Shown one piece after another: positions 56,704-64,000 of a stretch of DNA of 64,000 nucleotides (positions are counted from its first letter, which is position 1; each line of letters opens with the position of its first letter). The position numbers and the translations under genes were made by a program. Source of the stretch: Tubiluchus corallicola (taxonomy: Eukaryota > Animalia > Priapulida); assembly GCA_030141605.1 (NCBI GenBank), contig JAQGDQ010000613.1, forward strand, positions 62,001 through 126,000, given 5' to 3'. The notes under the pieces are model-generated. The model saw nothing but the letters and a program-made list of their open reading frames with translations, did no database searches and had not been told where the DNA came from.

Positions 56704-58023
56704 TTAACCAGCTGGGTTGCGCATAAATGGACTTAGTCTTGTTTCGTCGTAATCGACTTTCTCTTGGACAACAATCGTTTTCACTTTTGGATCCACTTCT
56801 TGTTTCTCAACCGACTTCTTCAGTAATTTATCTGGAGACAGCGTGGACAAAGGCAGGGATGTTTGGTTCGATGCTTTCTTCTTCGGAATGCCACACGAAT
56901 CAATCGAAGACGTGTTGTCTTGACAGCGACAACGACTAATGTCCAGACAGTGCTTCCGAAATTTTTCCTGGAAAAGAAAATAGGAAATCGGATCGAATGC
57001 ACAACTGGAAAGAGCCAGCATACTGAAAAACTGGCTGAGAAATACAAGTTTCTCCGAACTCTGTACCGCTGGGCAGCCATCCAGTGACTGCTTATGTACC
57101 AGGACTAACTTAAACACGTGTAAAGGTGTCCAGCATAATATAAAGATCAACATCATAATTACACACATTCGAACACACATTTTCCTGTAGTGGACACAGA
57201 CTTTGGCAGCCTGCACTGAATCACCAACAGGCTTTCTGATCCAGAGCCGATGACCTATTCTGACATAGGTATACCCCATCACGGCCACTGGTATAACAAA
57301 CATTGCTCCAAACTTTAGCCACATATAAATCTTCTCCATCTTCATGGATAATTCGATCTTCTCAAAGTCGTCCACCCAAAGTTCTACGCAGTAACGTGTA
57401 GTCCCATTTTCCGTATCCAGCTCCACGACATCGTACGCAATCAGGCATGGAATTCCAAATACGATGGCGGCAAGCCAGACGATCACAATGATCCAATGTG
57501 TGGCGAGGAAACGTTTGCGCACGCGATGACGTAGTGGATGAACAATGGCACAAAAACGTTCAATGGCAATGCAACACAAAGTGAAGGAGTTGATGGCAAT
57601 GGCTGTATCCTGTGTGAAAGGAACAAGTTTACACAAACCAGCTCCCCGTTCCCACTCTAGGTCCACCACCACCATGACAAGTTGAAACGGTATGCAAATT
57701 AACGTTATTATTAAATCGCTAATAGCCAGAGAACAGATGAACATGTTCACTTTTGTCTTCATGTCCTTAAAGAAGCCAATGATCCACAGGGTGACGATGT
57801 TGCCAAAGATGGAACAGAGTATGATTGTCGCGTACATCAGTGACAGGATGACCTTGGTCGCAGAAGTTGTCGCATGACTTGGAATGTCCACGATGTTGTC
57901 ACGTGCTTCAAAAACATACAGAAGATTCCATTTACCTGTGTTGGTGGAATCAGAGCTATTTGTCCACAAAATAAGTGCTTCCAGCAAATTTTCTTTGATT
58001 AGCTCCTTCTTACTGCCTTCCAT
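56704..58023 (-). CDS. Class A (rhodopsin-family) neuropeptide-type GPCR, QRFP/RFamide-receptor-like, single ORF, 439 aa
   Basis: Seven hydrophobic segments; GN in TM1, NMFICSLAISDL in TM2, CKLVPFTQ and IAIERFCAIVHPL in TM3, W in TM4, CWTP in TM6, DPISY in TM7; ATG in strong context (acgATGg). Subfamily call is from motif recall only. Confidence 0.9.
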   Translation of the reverse strand: MEGSKKELIKENLLEALILWTNSSDSTNTGKWNLLYVFEARDNIVDIPSHATTSATKVILSLMYATIILCSIFGNIVTLWIIGFFKDMKTKVNMFICSLAISDLIITLICIPFQLVMVVVDLEWERGAGLCKLVPFTQDTAIAINSFTLCCIAIERFCAIVHPLRHRVRKRFLATHWIIVIVWLAAIVFGIPCLIAYDVVELDTENGTTRYCVELWVDDFEKIELSMKMEKIYMWLKFGAMFVIPVAVMGYTYVRIGHRLWIRKPVGDSVQAAKVCVHYRKMCVRMCVIMMLIFILCWTPLHVFKLVLVHKQSLDGCPAVQSSEKLVFLSQFFSMLALSSCAFDPISYFLFQEKFRKHCLDISRCRCQDNTSSIDSCGIPKKKASNQTSLPLSTLSPDKLLKKSVEKQEVDPKVKTIVVQEKVDYDETRLSPFMRNPAG

Positions 58024-58029
58024 CGTTGC

Positions 58030-58107
<78 letters not shown>

Positions 58108-58165
58108 TGTTGTTGTTGTTGTAGTAGTAGTAGTAGTAGTAATAGTAGCAGTAGTAGTAGTAGTT

Positions 58166-58263
<98 letters not shown>
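58030..58263. repeat. (AGT)n microsatellite with TGT interruptions, immediately 5' of the GPCR ATG
   Basis: 78 trinucleotide units with no phase shift. Confidence 0.97.
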
Positions 58264-58264
<1 letters not shown>

Positions 58265-59134
58265 AATCTACAGTAGTTATAATATAACTTTTGAAATAAA
58301 TAGTTTTTCCACTATAGTTACGACTACAATATATATATGCAGACAGAGATACTGATACATCGATACATTGAAAGATCTGTCAGTGTGAAATACTTTTGAA
58401 ACCATCAATTCCTCTTTGCTCTTTAATGGCTTCCCGACGACTGGTGGCATTTTGCACGCATGATTTTTTATTTCTGTATTACATTTCACCACAGATTATA
58501 TCTGGTTATTCGGCAAGTGTTTCCTCATTCTGCAGATATAGCAGTGGCTTCATCGCGGCAACTTTTATTTGAGCTATAGGAATAATCCCACCGAGTGTTG
58601 AACCACACACACCTCACAAAATGTCTTTGAAATGATATGTTCTGTCACTCAGCTGTCGTACGTTTTTTGCATTAACACACTTTAATTTGGAAAAACTTGA
58701 AAGTAAAAATAAAGACCTACGCATGCGCAGATTGCAATTACTAGTACTGAGTTTATCAGTCAGAATTGTTTACACATACTTGAGCAGACGCAAATTAAGA
58801 AGTCGACGAACAAGAAAAGGCCATTAAAAAACTTCAAAATAAAGCAAATGGGAAAAAGTTCTGACTCGTGATATTTTCGTATCTTGTGTATTAAGACCAA
58901 AACACTTGGAAGTTGCCTTAATTAATAAAAACAATGACTTTGATACACGGGTGTAAAACTAGAGTAAATTTTTCAGCTGGCAAAGAGTAATCAACATGGA
59001 TTTATGTGTAACTGTGATGATTAGTGTCTTTGTCTTTTTGTATTTTTACACAAAAATTAGCCAGAAAAATGACTACAAGGTACTTGAAATGAAAACCTAA
59101 CCAATGATAAAGAAATTCTTTAAAGCAACTCATG

Positions 59135-59447
59135 TATAGATAACTCCTACACAGCTAACTCACATACAACTAACTCACATGCAGATAGCTCATATATGTA
59201 TGTGTAGATATACACAGATATATGTAGATATGTAGATAACTGATATACACAGACAATTTATATACATTTAACTCATATGTAGATAACACATATACATATA
59301 ACTAATAATTATGTAGATGGTTCGTATACAGGTAACTCATATACAGATAACTCAGATATAGCTAACTCATATGTAGATAACTCATTTACAGATATTTCAT
59401 ATACAGATATCTCATATACAACTAACTCATACGTAAGTAACTCATTT
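59135..59447. repeat. Degenerate ~16-bp tandem repeat (ataactcatatrYag)
   Basis: Repeated ataactcatatacag / taactcatatgtag units. Confidence 0.8.
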
Positions 59448-59991
59448 TCAAGAAGTTCAGCTCAGACGTCATATCTAACAGGCACGTCAACCAGTGAATC
59501 TTAAAGGACATGTCATTATGACTGGAGACACTATTTTACCCAAGACCACAAGAGCAGCTAACTAGGAGTCTGGGGGAACGCTGTAAGCTCCATTTTGCTG
59601 CATTTGACATATTGGAGGCCTCTAAGAGCACTTTAAGACAACTTTTGTGTTCTAATGCAGTTTATTTTGGCTAAAACAAGTAAAACTTAGTATTTACAGT
59701 TTTTTTGTCGATCTTGTATCACCACTCAAAAGAATTAATTTAATCGACCTTTTTTGCAAATAACGTTCAACAGGAATTTCTTTGTACATTTTGTACATTT
59801 CGTCGGCGGCATTCCAGGGGTATCCGATGGCGGTTTTAATTCATTTTTTACATGCTCCAACTGTAACAGTTTTACAAACATACAGGACCTGTACAGGAGC
59901 TAGAGGGCTTGCAAGGGATATGTCTGACCCAGTTTCTCTGTTAAAAAGACTAACTTGAACAGTGTTTAGATGAAATACGTATTTAAGCTGT

Positions 59992-62900
59992 TTAAGGTTC
60001 GATTATCCCGGAATCTTCACAAAGCTGACAGGATAGTTTACATTCCTGTGACATATACTCGGGACTGTTTTCACACTCTCCATTATGTGCCCAGTATGGA
60101 CAGTATTTATTTTCATCTTCACATACTTCAGCTTGGCCTGAAATGTACAAAATTCGTAAGCATGTAACACCCAGACGACAAAATTGTTTTACAATAGAGA
60201 TGTGTACGTGAAAATAACAGCCATCACCCACTAAAGCGAAGACGTGGCGTTTATTTAGACACAAACATCAACAACATTTCGACCAGTTGCAAACGTCTGC
60301 AACTTTGTGTTCAATGACGTTAACCATGACTATGAACATGACCATAACTGGTCGAAATGTTGTAGTTGTTTTTGTGTCTAAATAAACGTCGTGTCTCCGC
60401 TTAAATCAGTGCTGAATGTTATTTTCATTTTAAGAATTCATTTTACTTATCACAATTTGGATGTGCAAGTTAGTCTTTTAACTGTGGTATTCAATAATAA
60501 ATCCGCTATAGTATAGGTTTAATAGCTTTGAGCTTGCGCTTTCTTCCAGTTGGCGGCGCTGATGTTAGATTTTGGCACTTATCTAAATACTTGCATGATT
60601 TATTGGCAGATCGTAGAGTAGTTCAGAAACTTTTATGTCAATAATTTTACTAATTCATACTTTTATATACTCTGAAATGCTCTTAAAGTGCTTGAATGAG
60701 TGTTAGTTCTTTATTTCCCCAAGTTTGAGTACAAGCAATGAACAAAGCTACAATTTTTCCATTGATCATCACATTTCCAAATATTTGAAGAGAAAAGATC
60801 TGAATATCTCGGAACGCCATGAACAATAAAAGATATTTTGAGCGCGCATAGTTTCTAGAAAGTTATAATATAGTTGGTAACTTGGTATAGTTTATTATAG
60901 TGTCACCTTTCATTTTACTACAACTTGAAATACATGGAGTACACATATTTACCGTAAAATAATTACCAATTTAAAGATAGAATTACGAGACACATTATAA
61001 CTCAATAAAAAAGCTTCTCATTATACGTATTATAAAAGTAGCATACCACATATTCTGCAAGCTTTTTTACAATTGACGTGCATGTAGCTGGGGTTGTCCT
61101 TACATTCGCCAACACTTTCCCAGTAATCACAATGTTCACTATCATCAGCACAAACTTCCAACTCGAGTGGAACTGAAGAAAATAGTGACACATTTAAATG
61201 TAGTTTGGATTGCCAACTGTTATAATAGCAATATTTGTCAATTGTTTTGTATGTGATTCCTGTTTTGGCAGAACAAAGACTTATATTTACTTGACATGAC
61301 TTTATATTTACTTGTAAACTTCAAAGACACTCTTCTGGTTTTTATTACCAGATGGTTTGGTCCAGTGGCAACGCGTTCACTTTCCGTCTGGGAGGTCGTG
61401 AGTTCGATACAGCGACCGGGTCACACTTTAAAGACTTTAAAAATGGTTCCTGCTGCTTCCCTGCCTGACGCGTGGCATTTAGGGTAAAAGTGGGGTAATA
61501 AATGTCGTTGTCGTTGTCGTTGTTGTTGTTGTTGTTGTTATTATTATTATTATTATTATGTATTTTATAATTTCGTAAATGCCTTTACCCAGTAAATTAC
61601 ATTTTATTATTTATTGGGTGAAAACGCATTTACAAGAACATAGGATTATTAGGCCTACTTACAAAATGCCATAAATAACTACAAAAAAGTACAAAACGAT
61701 ACGTAACACATTAAAAAACGTAAAAGATATATCCAACCCTGATGTAAACCGGAGGAGTACAAGGCATGATGTATGATGAATGTCGAATGATACATGTGCC
61801 CTATGCCGTATGATGCATGCCGTGTGACACATGAACTTGTCCTGAATGCTAAATATTCACCTACTAGCTTATAGAACATTCTCTGTTCAACTGCTTTGAT
61901 ATATTGTTTAAAATACCGTTTTGCCATTGTCATCGAATCTATTTTTTGTAAAAATTTAGAGTATGGAGAAACTAGATTGCGACGTCACAATATTAAACAC
62001 TGATTGCATGAACAACAACAAGAAAAAAAGGACGCGGCGGAAGCGAACCTCTTTATACATTGTAACAAAAGACTCATTACGTAACAATGCAGCAAATCAC
62101 AAAATTCGTCATTATGTAACACTTTTGCGTTATTACGTAGCAACCATTATGTAACAAAAATGGTGATTATGTAGCAAACTAACGCAGGATTGTCATGGTT
62201 TTGGATAGATCTGGTCTGGCTTTGCCGACTGGTCGTAGCTCCATCTATCAGAGGTCTAGTCTGTGACTCTTCCGAGGTCTGATCTAGCAGAAGTCTGATC
62301 TGCCAAAGTCTGGAGTCGGAAGGCCAAAACACAGACCCTGGACAGACCAGATTCCAAAACTGATTAGAGCTCTAAAGACCGGACTACGGGCAGAGCAGTC
62401 ACAGACCAGACCTCTCATAGATCGGATCTGAGACAAGATCAGTCACAGACCAGGCCAGACTGTGCTGCAGACAGACCAAATTTAGAACAGAAAGAAAATG
62501 ACCCAGTCCAATAATTATAGCGAAGCTAGACAGTGACAAAGCCTATCAATAGGGGATGACCAATCGTTACAAAAGTCAATATTCACATGAAATCTATCAT
62601 TTAGTAGCAGATAGATAGATATAATTTATTTTCGTCTCATCTGGAAAATATTCAAGTACAGATAACACAACTGCAGCAAATAGGAGCTTAACTTTGAGTC
62701 ATAGGAAACCAAATTACACATAATTAAAATGAAACAATAAAAAAGCGACATAATGGGAGTGTAGGTACTAACACCAGAAAGAAAACTGTACGTCATAAAA
62801 AGATTTTGTGAACATTTAATGGATAAAACTAATAAATTACAACTCAACCTCTTTCATATCTTGCGTTTCACAGAAAGGATAATTCACAGAACAAATTCGA

Positions 62901-64000
62901 AGTGCTATCAGGGTTTCTTATAAAGTGAGAGGATGCTTACCGCAAATGCCACACGACTTTTTACAATATGTCAACATATAACTGGGATTTTGACGACATT
63001 CTCCAATACTCGCCCAGTAGTCACAGTATTTATTATCATTCTCACATTCTTGGATACCTATTGAGTAAAACAAGAAGAACAATTGCTTTTACAAGATATA
63101 AAATCTTTTAGTAGAACAGCAAAAAATGTTTACGGGTGTTTTTAAAGCGTTATAGGATTGTTATCCAAATTCTGAGCTGTTTCAAAGCAAATTTTGAATG
63201 CCCAAAAATTAATTCTGCTGCTGATCTATACGGGTGTGCCGCAAAGCGGGCAACTAGTTGTACTTATCGTTAATGCATGAAATGAAACTGTTAATACAAG
63301 GCTCAATCCGTGCAAGTCTTTAGCTTGTTAAACTTGTGGCAAAACACCACAAATAAGACCCGTCTTTTTAAAAAATCTAAAAAGAAATTTAGCTCAAAAT
63401 AGATTTAAAGTTCTTGTGAATTCTTTTCAGCCTTTGTTGAGCCCGAAGTAGATTATATTACCTCGTTTTGTTTTTGAGGTACGTATATAAAAATGGGGGC
63501 AAATGTATTTCATAATAGTTTGAAACCGGGATTTCTGTGACGTCCATTTGAGTATCATACAGACAAATAATTCTTACAAGTATAAACATTATTTATGCTA
63601 AAGAATTCGTATTAATAGCTCGAATTTAGTCATCTGCTCACACGAACATTACAAGAGCACTATGATTCAGAGTAAGTTTTCTTTCGCGAGTTTTCTCTCT
63701 GACAGCAAACTCGCAAGTGTGTTGGCGTAAGATAGACGAATAGGTTGCAGATCATTGCAGAGTAATAATGAGTCGTGATATGGAACAACCAAGAATGGAG
63801 CTTCCCTACCTGGTTTATGGGATTCCCCATTGCACTTGTACAGCTTCTTTAATTTCCTGACATCACTATCACTAAGGCCATTTCTTTGACCAATGGTCAC
63901 TCCTGTCTGAACTGGTTCAATGGTAGGGCCTTGACCATTCCAAAATGCATATTTATCATAATGCATGATGCTGTTGTAATCATAGGGTTCTCCCAAGTGT
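59992..64000 (-). CDS. 3' portion of an astacin-family (M12A) zinc metalloprotease with two C-terminal ShKT domains
   Basis: Exons >64000-63810 (PYDYNSIMHY Met-turn, GQRNGLS..DV.KL.KLYKC), 61172-61047 (CADDSEHCDYWESVGECKDNPSYMHVNCKKACRIC) and 60137-59992 (CEDENKYCPYWAHNGECENSPEYMSQECKLSCQLC...TAA); both introns phase 1; AATAAA on the - strand at 59666-59661. Confidence 0.92.
60209..60428. mobile_element. Hairpin MITE in the last astacin intron
   Basis: Arms aagcgaagacgtggcgtttatttagacacaaa...catttcgaccagtt / aactggtcgaaatgttg...tgtgtctaaataaacgtcgtgtctccgctt. Confidence 0.75.
61349..61558 (+). mobile_element. tRNA-derived SINE (possibly MetaSINE-type core) with microsatellite tail
   Basis: A-box tggtccagtgg, B-box gagttcgatac, core gggtcacac..aaagactttaaaaatggt..ctgctgcttc, tail (GTTGTC)n(GTT)n(ATT)n. 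Confidence 0.8.
62190..62480. repeat. Imperfect palindrome built from (TCTGG)/(CCAGA)-type pentamers, probable MITE
   Basis: atctatcagaggtctagtctgtgact (~62243) is the inverse of agtcacagaccagacctctcatagat (~62397). Confidence 0.65.

Noticed and set aside
57884-58276. Poly-Val ORF on the + strand
   Set aside because: Antisense reading of the GPCR 5' end plus microsatellite.
61349-61420. tRNA gene
   Set aside because: A/B boxes are present but no intact cloverleaf; continues into a SINE body and tail, with other copies in the window.
56704-64000. Astacin-ShKT-polyThr-GPCR fusion gene (same strand, tandem arrangement)
   Set aside because: The second ShKT exon ends in TAA at 59992 followed by AATAAA. 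The available astacin donors are phase 1, whereas the candidate acceptor before the Thr tract needs phase 2.

Overview
AT-rich, intron-rich eukaryotic (invertebrate animal) genomic DNA; no prokaryotic features, CRISPR arrays, rRNA or intact tRNA genes were seen. Five protein-coding genes were reconstructed by hand from GT-AG exons with consistent phases. (1) The 3' part of a CCSER/FAM190-like serine-rich coiled-coil gene (+, 7 exons, stop 11274; 5' end not found). (2) A complete HIF1AN/FIH-1 asparaginyl hydroxylase (-, 9 exons, 327 aa). (3) A complete TM9SF3 (+, 15 exons, 583 aa), head-to-head with HIF1AN with only 170 bp between the two ATGs. (4) A single-ORF class A neuropeptide-type GPCR (-, 439 aa) preceded by an in-frame 80-codon poly-Thr-encoding microsatellite. 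(5) The 3' part of an astacin metalloprotease with two ShKT domains (-). Introns and intergenic DNA hold many non-autonomous DNA transposons (hAT-, Mutator-, Tc1/pogo- and Harbinger-like by TIR/TSD), tRNA-derived SINEs, LINE 3' ends, a solo LTR, local duplications and tandem repeats. I found no clearly new biological system. The best leads are the compact HIF1AN/TM9SF3 bidirectional promoter with an adjacent young MULE carrying HRE/E-box motifs, and the poly-Thr tract in frame with the GPCR.
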